Shown here: positions 8,307-16,363 of the stretch, piece by piece
Layout of the letters: the number at the start of each line of letters is the position of its first letter
How positions within the stretch are numbered: position 1 is the stretch's first letter
DNA from: Rikenellaceae bacterium
Lineage (GTDB): Bacteria; Bacteroidota; Bacteroidia; Bacteroidales; Rikenellaceae
Assembly (NCBI GenBank): GCA_009783565.1
Contig: WRDF01000007.1
Span: 8,882 to 32,881, forward strand
Direction: 5' to 3'
Length of the DNA stretch: 24,000 nucleotides
Made by a program: the position numbers and the translations under genes
The notes under the pieces: generated by a model
Seen by the model: only the letters and a program-made list of their open reading frames with translations
What the model was told of the DNA's origin: nothing
Databases searched by the model: none

Positions 8307-10481
8307 ATGAAAAAGAAATTAAGGCTAAATTTTTTACTTGTATCATTAGCACTGCTTATTGCATTAGGTTGGCTGGTTGAAGGCAACTTCAACTTCTTGT
8401 TGCATGGTTTTTGGTTTACCTCTGGATTTTTACTGCTCATTTTATTGTCTCTTGTAGATCAACCATTTTTCTCCAAAGACTCTAATATTTTCGTGAATGC
8501 CATTACAGCAGGTATGGCACTCTTAATAATGCAGCCTTCATACAGATACGGGGTTTACTATATGTGTGTTGGTTTGGTCGCATTTTTGGTTATCAGTAGT
8601 TTCATTGTGATGATGACACAGAACCAGCCGCTATCATATGAAAAGAAATGGGTTCAGTTTTTGTCTCGGATTAACAGGCAGTTAGGTAAGCCTCAAATTA
8701 TTTTCTCTGTTCTCTTTATTTGGGGAATTATTAATGATTATAATGTTATTTCAACTGCCTTTAATGTACTTTTAGGATTTTGGGCTTTGTTCATTGTGGT
8801 ATCTTCAAACACTATATGGAACATCTTATCTTCTTTGTGGTCTTCTACTGCAGATACTAAAAATGATAATGCTCTCGGACAAATATTTGGAGTCCAAGCC
8901 AAGAGCACCTTTCTGGCAAGATTGTCATCCAATATCCAAGAAACTATTGATAGTTTTGACTGTGTAGAGTTTCTTCACTCCGTTAATGATGGCAAAGGAG
9001 TGCGAAAAGGGCTGGTTTTGGATTCATATTTACTCAATGAAGAGCATTGGATTAAAGTAATAACCACTAATGAGATTAATGAACTTTTCGGAAAGGCCCC
9101 ATGCTACTCCAATCACGTTAAGGGCATTATCTATAAGGTTCAAAGCCCCCTGAACAATGATTTTATAGATAGATTTGTAGGAATTGTTACTGAAAAATCG
9201 AATATAGGTAAAATCAGATTCATTTATAATTCTCGTGTACCTGTTCAAGAAGGGCAACTTTTAGAAGTTTGCATTAGTCCTGAGCGCATTGTCTATTATC
9301 AGATTGTAGATGGTGTTACTAAAATAGAACAACTGGAAAGCAAAAATGAATCCGGATTAATCATCGGTGAAGCGATACAACTTGGTACATGGAATCAAGA
9401 AAAAGCGCAATTCGAACAATTTGGATGGGTTCCAGAAGTCAATACCCCTGTATATCTAGCTTCTCCTATACAAGAGATTGAAATAGGAGATGGGGAATAC
9501 AAAATAGGAGAGATTCCAAGCACTAATTTCCCTGTTATACTCGATAAAAATTTAGCAATTACACATCATACAGCCGTTCTAGGCGTAACTGGTACTGGAA
9601 AATCTGTTTTCTCAAGAAACTTGATTAGAGAATATCTAAAAGACCCAGCAATAAAAGTAGTTTGTATTGATTTCACAGGCGAATATAAGTGTAGGTTTAA
9701 TGCTTCTGAACTCATGTCTCAGCAAGTGCAAGGTGAGGTTTACAAACTCATTAATTGGGTTTCAAAAGAATTGGAAAAATTTGGCAATCAACAAGACAAA
9801 GAAAATCTAACGAAAGCAAATGCGAGTATAAAAAAGATTATAAAAGACAATATAGACGGATTCCTAAAAGATGATAAACAACAAATTACAATTTTAGAAT
9901 TACCTGATGTCTCAAATACGGCAAGCATATTAGAATATACGAGACAACTTTTTCAAGTTTTGTTTGATATTGCCAAACGGCATAGATGTTACGGACATAA
10001 AGTATGTGTTGTTTTAGAAGAAGCTCATACTGTTATTCCAGAATGGAATTTTGTGGGTGTAGCCGAAAAATCATCTCAATCATTACTCAATAGCATTGCA
10101 CAAATAGCATTGCAGGGGAGGAAATATGACGTAGGACTTCTCGTTATAGCCCAACGCACTGCGAATGTGTCTAAAACAATTCTGACTCAATGTAACACTA
10201 TAATATCCTTTCAAGAGTTCGATAAGACAAGTAGTGAATTTTTATCAAATTATTTCGGGGAGAATATCGCTAGGGTCTTGCCTAATTTGAGGTTTAGGCA
10301 AGCCATTGCAGCCGGCAAGGCTTTAAGATCGAATGTTCCTATGATATTTGAGGTTCCAGTAATAATTGAGTCTAAACCAGTAGAGCCAGTACTTAAAGAA
10401 CCGACTACTACGGTGCAAATCCCTGAAAGAAAGAGGCAAGAGGACGTAGAGGCTCAAGATGATTTTGATATATTCCGTTAA
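8307..10481 (+). CDS. membrane-anchored HerA-like (FtsK/HerA superfamily, DUF87-type) P-loop ATPase. Architecture: N-terminal polytopic membrane domain, barrel-like middle region, ATPase domain.
   Basis: About 5-6 hydrophobic helices lie in the first ~190 aa. Walker A GVTGTGKS is at nt 9582-9605 and Walker B VCVVLEEAH at nt 10002-10028. GRKYDVGLLVIAQRTANVSKTILTQCNTIISFQ is the HerA/DUF87 C-terminal signature as I recall it. The C-terminal tail is acidic. Confidence 0.7.
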   Translation: MKKKLRLNFLLVSLALLIALGWLVEGNFNFLLHGFWFTSGFLLLILLSLVDQPFFSKDSNIFVNAITAGMALLIMQPSYRYGVYYMCVGLVAFLVISSFIVMMTQNQPLSYEKKWVQFLSRINRQLGKPQIIFSVLFIWGIINDYNVISTAFNVLLGFWALFIVVSSNTIWNILSSLWSSTADTKNDNALGQIFGVQAKSTFLARLSSNIQETIDSFDCVEFLHSVNDGKGVRKGLVLDSYLLNEEHWIKVITTNEINELFGKAPCYSNHVKGIIYKVQSPLNNDFIDRFVGIVTEKSNIGKIRFIYNSRVPVQEGQLLEVCISPERIVYYQIVDGVTKIEQLESKNESGLIIGEAIQLGTWNQEKAQFEQFGWVPEVNTPVYLASPIQEIEIGDGEYKIGEIPSTNFPVILDKNLAITHHTAVLGVTGTGKSVFSRNLIREYLKDPAIKVVCIDFTGEYKCRFNASELMSQQVQGEVYKLINWVSKELEKFGNQQDKENLTKANASIKKIIKDNIDGFLKDDKQQITILELPDVSNTASILEYTRQLFQVLFDIAKRHRCYGHKVCVVLEEAHTVIPEWNFVGVAEKSSQSLLNSIAQIALQGRKYDVGLLVIAQRTANVSKTILTQCNTIISFQEFDKTSSEFLSNYFGENIARVLPNLRFRQAIAAGKALRSNVPMIFEVPVIIESKPVEPVLKEPTTTVQIPERKRQEDVEAQDDFDIFR

Positions 10482-10548
10482 GCCATCATAGGCCTGAAGC
10501 GGGTTCTTTTCGTAATTATCCTCTTGGCGGGTGGTTTTTGCAGATAAG

Positions 10549-11724
10549 TTACATATTTTGCTTTGCTATCACCTGCCCCACAAAATCGTTCAACGTTAAA
10601 ATGCGATGCCTGTATTCCTCAGGGAAGCTCGTAATGTATGGTTTAGGTACCACCAAACATACATCAGACCGATACATTTCTGCCAGTTGATTCGATGAAA
10701 TACCCTGTTGCAAAGTGAAAAGGTGCTTTGTCTTTATACGGTCTGCCTCGTTGAGGATCTGCCTCCAACGATCTTTGCAGGTGGTTTTGGATGCGAGAAC
10801 AACTAACTTATTTTCATCGAATCCAAGGTCGGCATATGCCTTCGGTCCCGGGAACAGGAAGTCCGGTCGTTTATTCATCTCAGTAACGGCCTGCGAACTG
10901 TATTCGAGGCCAAACGTTTTAAAAATTTCTTCGAGATGATGTTCCAGCGACTTCCCTGCTCTGCTCTTTCGGCGGTTGAGTATCGTATTTGCTGCTTCCA
11001 CGAGCTCTTCGACCGATGAGAATGGAGTTTTTATGCGAGTGGAATAACGATTGTTCTCTATGGCTTTGAATAGTTGAAACTCCGCATTTATCCAACCTAA
11101 CAGACCTTTGTCCGGATTAGCTTTTAGTCGATCAGCCGTAAAATGGTAAGCATTGTTATAACAGTGCCGCGCCCTTGCAGAAAGGTCGGTCGTTGATGGG
11201 AAATCCACCTGCAAGCCATTGATGAAAGCATAAAAGCATTGCAGTAGAATGCTTTCATCTGTCTGTTCGTCCTGTCGTGGAATAATTCCATTAATCTCTG
11301 CCGGGGAGATATTAAGCTGAATAAGAAATTCATCTATATCCTCATCGCTCTGCAAGACCCAACCATCGTAGCAATTATCGTCCTTTTTAGCCAGAATCAA
11401 CAGGTCGCCGATATTATCGTCGTGAAGAAATGGGAATCCTTTTCCGAATCGGGTCAAACGATATTCGTTCCGTGTGCCGACACCGTAATAAATAAAGCGA
11501 CTTTCCGTCTCGAAACCGCTCTGCCAACGGATAGTAACGAATTTATCTTTGTTCGCTCCTTTTTCCCCTGGAGTGTCGAAGAAAAGTGGCCATGCCTCTT
11601 TGTGGATGTGGAATCCTGCCTGATGTCCTCCGGTAGCACCGACATCATTGGCTGTAATGTATTTGGAGAATGCAATCGGTGACTCCTGCACTGATTGAAT
11701 GACCTTATTCAGCATATTCTCCAT
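10549..11724 (-). CDS. type IIE restriction endonuclease of the EcoRII family (predicted CCWGG specificity)
   Basis: The N-terminal [18 protein letters not shown] matches the EcoRII effector-binding (B3-like) domain motif SANDTGATGGHQ. The C-terminal [25 protein letters not shown] and [31 protein letters not shown] are near-identical to the EcoRII catalytic domain as I remember it. Confidence 0.9.
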   Translation of the reverse strand: MENMLNKVIQSVQESPIAFSKYITANDVGATGGHQAGFHIHKEAWPLFFDTPGEKGANKDKFVTIRWQSGFETESRFIYYGVGTRNEYRLTRFGKGFPFLHDDNIGDLLILAKKDDNCYDGWVLQSDEDIDEFLIQLNISPAEINGIIPRQDEQTDESILLQCFYAFINGLQVDFPSTTDLSARARHCYNNAYHFTADRLKANPDKGLLGWINAEFQLFKAIENNRYSTRIKTPFSSVEELVEAANTILNRRKSRAGKSLEHHLEEIFKTFGLEYSSQAVTEMNKRPDFLFPGPKAYADLGFDENKLVVLASKTTCKDRWRQILNEADRIKTKHLFTLQQGISSNQLAEMYRSDVCLVVPKPYITSFPEEYRHRILTLNDFVGQVIAKQNM

Positions 11725-12916
11725 TTTGCTCTCGTATTAATTCTTGAACTATATTTTCGCCGACAGCCTGCATAAGAGGCACGACAACCGAGTTCCCGAA
11801 TTGTCGATAGGCCTGATTGTCGGACACGGCATCAATAATAAAATTATCCGGGTAGCCTTGCAGGCGGGCGCACTCTCTCGGAGTAAGGCGGCGGGGATTG
11901 ACTCCGTCCTGCGGAATGAGAATTTCGGAACCATCTTTATAATAACGTGCGGAGAGGGTTCTCGAAATACCGTTAAGGTCGGTCATGCCAAATCCAAAAC
12001 CATTGCCATTGCACCGATGTTTAATTGCATACGCCTGTAAATAGTCCCACAATTTGTCACTTAGGGTGTATTTAGGATCGGGGTTGTCTGTCAGAATCTC
12101 ATGTATAGAGTGGTCGGCCTCTGGCAGGTCGGGGTATTGAAATTGCTCTCTGCCGTGGAAATAATCCTTATTAAAACCTACCATTACAATACGTTCCCGA
12201 TGTTGAGGAACAAAATGCTTACCGTTGAGGACCTGAAAATGGAAAGAATATCCAAGTTCTTCCAAAGCACATTTTATTACCTTAAATGTCTTACCCTTAT
12301 CGTGTGATTTCAGGTTCTTTACGTTCTCCAGCAGGAACATCTTCGGGCGTTTCGCCTCAAGTATTCTCACAATATCGAAAAACAGGGTACCCTGCGTTTC
12401 ATCCTTAAATCCATGCGCCCGACCAAGAGCATTCTTTTTGGAAACTCCGGCAATGGAGAACGGCTGGCACGGGAATCCGGCAATCAGAATATCGTGGTTG
12501 GGAATACTGTTCGCGTTGATTTTGGTAATGTCTCCGAAAGGAACCTCGCCGAAATTCGCCTCATACGTTTTCTTGGCGAAATTGTTCCATTCGCTCGAAA
12601 ACACACAATGGCCGTCAAGATTCTGGAAGGCAAGGCGAAAGCCGCCTATTCCGGCAAAGAGATCAATGAATCTAAATCGGGGATTTGCGGGCTTAGGAAA
12701 CGGAACATCGTAGCTAAACGGGATATATAGTTGCTTGACATCCCGCACAAGACTTGGAGCCGTTTCCCGCAAATACTTATACGCAAAAGGCTTATAATAT
12801 TGAGATACACCGTTCTCGTGGTTCTGCCAATAGTGGGTCACGGCGGCAAAACCATCGTTGAGGTGCTTGTCAACATTAATGTTCAACTCTCTTTTCCTTT
12901 CGCTGTAAGTAGGCAT
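11705..12916 (-). CDS. dcm: DNA (cytosine-5)-methyltransferase, Dcm / M.EcoRII-like
   Basis: Motif [14 protein letters not shown], motif [10 protein letters not shown], motif [10 protein letters not shown], motif [10 protein letters not shown]. The stop overlaps the endonuclease start by 20 nt. Confidence 0.9.
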   Translation of the reverse strand: MPTYSERKRELNINVDKHLNDGFAAVTHYWQNHENGVSQYYKPFAYKYLRETAPSLVRDVKQLYIPFSYDVPFPKPANPRFRFIDLFAGIGGFRLAFQNLDGHCVFSSEWNNFAKKTYEANFGEVPFGDITKINANSIPNHDILIAGFPCQPFSIAGVSKKNALGRAHGFKDETQGTLFFDIVRILEAKRPKMFLLENVKNLKSHDKGKTFKVIKCALEELGYSFHFQVLNGKHFVPQHRERIVMVGFNKDYFHGREQFQYPDLPEADHSIHEILTDNPDPKYTLSDKLWDYLQAYAIKHRCNGNGFGFGMTDLNGISRTLSARYYKDGSEILIPQDGVNPRRLTPRECARLQGYPDNFIIDAVSDNQAYRQFGNSVVVPLMQAVGENIVQELIREQNGEYAE

Positions 12917-13337
12917 CCTTCTTTCTTCCTATTTCGTTTTCAATTATTTGCAGACAATTGGCCTGATTTTTCCGTAAATCCTTGCTCCAAAAACGCAAAA
13001 CCGTCCATCCGGCATTTATCAGTGTCTTATTTACAACTGCATCCCTCTTTATATTTCCTTCTATTTTGTTCCACCAAAATTCCCTGTTCGACTTGATTCT
13101 GAATTTCTCGGTATCCCAGTCCTTTCCGTGAAAATACTCGCTGTCCACAAAGATAGCAATTTTGTATCTCTTAAATGTCAGATCGGGCTTACCTAAAACG
13201 GTCTTGTCGTTTTTTCTGTACCTGTACCCTTTATGCCAAAGAGCCTTAGCCAAAAGAACCTCGTCCTTAGTGCCGTGACTCCTAATCGCTTTCATGTTTT
13301 TCGTGCGTTGCTCTTTGGTCAAAACATCCATATACAA
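12876..13337 (-). CDS. vsr: very short patch repair endonuclease (Vsr)
   Basis: [45 protein letters not shown] and GWTVLRFW follow the Vsr pattern. The 3' end overlaps the dcm start by 41 nt. Confidence 0.85.
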   Translation of the reverse strand: MYMDVLTKEQRTKNMKAIRSHGTKDEVLLAKALWHKGYRYRKNDKTVLGKPDLTFKRYKIAIFVDSEYFHGKDWDTEKFRIKSNREFWWNKIEGNIKRDAVVNKTLINAGWTVLRFWSKDLRKNQANCLQIIENEIGRKKDAYLQRKEKRVEH

Positions 13338-13399
13338 AGGTATGAAATAATGTTGATATTCTCGGAGTTATTGGACATTGCCATTCGTGGGCAACGTTC

Positions 13400-13407
13400 C
13401 AAAAATA
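13400..13407 (-). promoter_or_regulatory. TAnnTTTG -7 box upstream of the vsr-dcm-R operon
   Basis: The plus strand reads caaaaata, which is tatttttg on the minus strand, about 63 nt upstream of the vsr ATG (13337). Confidence 0.35.
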
Positions 13408-13428
13408 TTCTTTTCTTGCCAGATGCTA

Positions 13429-14531
13429 TTAGGACTTGAAATTTTCACTATTGCTATTATTGATCTCGTCATATAAACTTTTCAGAAAATCACGAGACAC
13501 ATACTCGTTATTATCTGCCTTGAACAGAAATGGGGGAAAGACCATATATTCCAATCGGGATATAGATTCGTCATTTTTCCCCTTTTTCAGCCGAACATCC
13601 TTCAATTCAAGGTTATTGAACAAATCGGCGTGCAGATATAGTTCCCGTACTTTAGGATTAGATTGCGAACCGAACGAATTAAAGAACAAAGCGGTCAGTT
13701 CGTACTTTGATAGCTGGGCCCGGAATATTTTAGAGTAATTTTTAGGCGCATTGAACTCTGATGCCATCTCCAAGATATATACGCGTTCCTGAAATAAGTG
13801 CCAAGTTGATTTTTATATGGTGCAAAACAATGGTCGGCGGCTTTGGCGTAGGCGTTTGATACAGGTTTCAAATTATTTTGCTCGATGTATAGCTTAATAG
13901 CATTTAGACAGGCATAATCATATCCGTGCAGATGTATCGGGAGGGTTTCAATACTTGATCTTTTCCCTGTGGCCCAATCATCCTCTAAATAGATGTTTTT
14001 GATAGCCTCTGTTATGTGGCTCCACGACATCATCCATTCTGTCTGCGATACTTTCTGAGGAATAATCTTTTTTATGAACTCCTTTTGAGTGAAGTTTTTA
14101 GGGATTGTTCTGCGAATTTCCAAATAAAACGTATGGTATAACTCAACATAAATTTGTCTGAAAGTTTTTTCTGGTGCACAAAATTCATCGAATGTAGTTA
14201 TATCCCATTGGTGTCGGTCTATATCGTATTTCCATTCCACTCTCTTTATCCGCAAGTCGTCTCGATATGAAATAAAAATCTTCAATAAGTCGAAAAAAAC
14301 CGACCTTTCTTCGCTGTTAAGTGATTGCAATTTGTTTTGACGCAACGTTAAGAGCACTCCAACAAATGCAATTAAACCAGTAATTGGACCCAACAAACTG
14401 CCTAATTCACCCCGGTCAAATGCTCCATTGGTTTGAATGAAATAGAAAATCAGAGTAGCCGCTATGACTAATACAGATATAACAGTGACCCAAACAAGCC
14501 AATCCCTCAGGTATTTTTTCATTTCTTTCAT
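13429..14531 (-). pseudogene. AbiC-like putative abortive-infection protein (Pfam putAbiC-like) with two N-terminal TM helices, split by a 1-nt frameshift
   Basis: Track ORFs 13695-14531 (278 aa) and 13429-13773 (114 aa) overlap in different frames. The reading switches frame at the TATATAT run (13775-13781). The N-terminus has 2 TM helices with GSLLGPITGLIAFVGVLLTLRQNKLQ. The downstream frame has YSKIFRAQLSKYELTALFFNS. Both resemble the putAbiC family as I recall it. A joined product would be about 367 aa. Confidence 0.5.
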
Positions 14532-14682
14532 AGAGTTTCTGTTTTACGAAACCAAAGATACTAACTTTACAGACAACATATAGTGGGTATCGAAGCCTTC
14601 CTGAACTATTGAAGGCATATAATTTATTTTTACGGGCAAAAACTCCTTTCTTTTATAAGTTTCATCTGCCTCAATACAATTT

Positions 14683-16011
14683 TTATCTCCCTATTTTTGG
14701 CCCTTTCTTTGGCGACGAGATGTTTTGCTGGATTCGCTTTTTAAATTCTTTTATCTCTTTTTCATGTACTTCTTTTGGTATTCGTGGGTCGGCGAATGAG
14801 TATTTTATTTCGTTATTCTGATGGTCTTTCCATACGAACGGGTATTGATAATCGATACCGCCCCACCATTTCATTTTCGCTTTGGTAATGTGGCCTTTTT
14901 CGACAAGGATTTTATCCCGCAACCGTATCGTGATCCCTCCATGCTCGATCATTTTATCGGGATTTTCATTACTGAAAAAGGCTTTCCCCTTTTCGTCGTT
15001 CAGAAAAACATACGCTGAAAACTTTCCGCTGCCGTCCTTTTTGTTCATGTTTTCGAGGTAAATATGCCCGCCGTTTTGAAGCGTATTCCATTGTTCTGCG
15101 ATCAGTTCCACACCCTCGATCGAGGGTGTGCGTGAAGCTGATGCCTGTTGAAATTGCTGTTTCGGCGGTTCGGATTGTCGCTCGGCTTGCTTTTCGCGGA
15201 GAATCTCCATGTTCTCGGCAAAGGATTTCATCAGGTTTGCGTGGCTGAATTTCCGGTCTATTTCGGAGGCTTTGAATGCGGATTTGTTCTTCTCGAACGA
15301 TATTCCCTGAATGTTTTCGGGTGATTCTTCCGTTACGCTCCGGTATTTATAACGTATGGTTATCCCTGACTGCCTAAGCCGTTTTTCGAGGTCTTCGTAG
15401 TTGTTGCACTTCGGCAGATTGGCTGTGATCTCGTCATGAATCAGATATCTGACCTTATCCGCGCCGGTCAGCTTCTGCCGATTTACTTTCTCCTTACCCT
15501 TGCCGTAAGTCAGCCCATGCTTGTCTTTGAGTTTCTTACAGGCCTTGATATTGCGTTTGTAATCGTTATTGACCGAGATAACTTTCAGGTTGTTGTCTAT
15601 GCGGTTATATACGATATGCAGGTGCGGGTTACCTGTATCGTGATGCCGAACGATAATAAACTGAGTATTGCGGATACCCATTTCTTCCATGTACTCATAC
15701 GCCAACTGCCTCATAAATCCATCGGTCAGTTTCGGTGAATCATCCGGTGAGAAGGCAATAGGAATATGTCCGACAGGATGCTTTATCTCAGGCCTGCCGG
15801 AACGCTGTATGGCAAAGTCGCGTATGATACTCGCGGTATCTTCGGTCAGTACGCCCTCCGCTTCCAGTATTTGGCTTCGCCTTCCTCCTTCTCGCTCGGC
15901 ATCGTGAGTAGAACTCCCGTGCCCTCGCTCGTGCGTCGGTTCATGACCTTCATTCAGGACATACCGGACAGTTCCGCCGAACGATCTGCCTTTCTTGTTC
16001 TTAGCTATCAT
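14683..16011 (-). CDS. relaxase/mobilization nuclease (MobA/VirD2 family, Bacteroides MobB-like) with an extra C-terminal domain
   Basis: The N-terminal RYVLNE region, VGHIPIAFSPDD and the histidine triad HHDTGNPHLHIVYNRID are all present. The roughly 150-aa C-terminal region (GGHIYLENMNKKDGSGKFSAYVFLNDE...) resembles DUF3945-type modules. The start overlaps the mobC stop by 11 nt. Confidence 0.85.
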   Translation of the reverse strand: MIAKNKKGRSFGGTVRYVLNEGHEPTHERGHGSSTHDAEREGGRRSQILEAEGVLTEDTASIIRDFAIQRSGRPEIKHPVGHIPIAFSPDDSPKLTDGFMRQLAYEYMEEMGIRNTQFIIVRHHDTGNPHLHIVYNRIDNNLKVISVNNDYKRNIKACKKLKDKHGLTYGKGKEKVNRQKLTGADKVRYLIHDEITANLPKCNNYEDLEKRLRQSGITIRYKYRSVTEESPENIQGISFEKNKSAFKASEIDRKFSHANLMKSFAENMEILREKQAERQSEPPKQQFQQASASRTPSIEGVELIAEQWNTLQNGGHIYLENMNKKDGSGKFSAYVFLNDEKGKAFFSNENPDKMIEHGGITIRLRDKILVEKGHITKAKMKWWGGIDYQYPFVWKDHQNNEIKYSFADPRIPKEVHEKEIKEFKKRIQQNISSPKKGPKIGR

Positions 16012-16363
16012 CGAGCAGTTTCTTTATCTCACGGAACAGATAATAAGCATCCGATCCGGCCTGTCTAAACTCATCTACATTCGCTTTACGTGCGATCTGA
16101 TTAAGGTTGTTGGCCATTCCTGCAATCTTACGGCGTAAGTCCAGTTCTTCTTTCGTATAGCGGGGCTTTATCCGCCCCGTAAGCGTCATATGTCGTGCAT
16201 ACTGTGTAGCGGTCATTCCTAAACTTTCCGCCTTTTGCCGTATCGCTTCATAATCGGCTTCGGTCAGTTTCAGATTGATCGAGCGGCTGAGCTTCTCTTT
16301 TTCCTTCGCCGGACGGCCCCGCCTTTGCTTCTCCTCTTGTGCATTTCCCATAACTTTTAACAT
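16001..16363 (-). CDS. relaxosome accessory protein MobC (ribbon-helix-helix)
   Basis: RSINLKLTEADYEAIRQKAESLGMTATQYARHM ... GMANNLNQIARKAN is the MobC-family pattern. The gene sits directly upstream of, and is coupled to, the relaxase gene. Confidence 0.8.
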   Translation of the reverse strand: MLKVMGNAQEEKQRRGRPAKEKEKLSRSINLKLTEADYEAIRQKAESLGMTATQYARHMTLTGRIKPRYTKEELDLRRKIAGMANNLNQIARKANVDEFRQAGSDAYYLFREIKKLLDDS

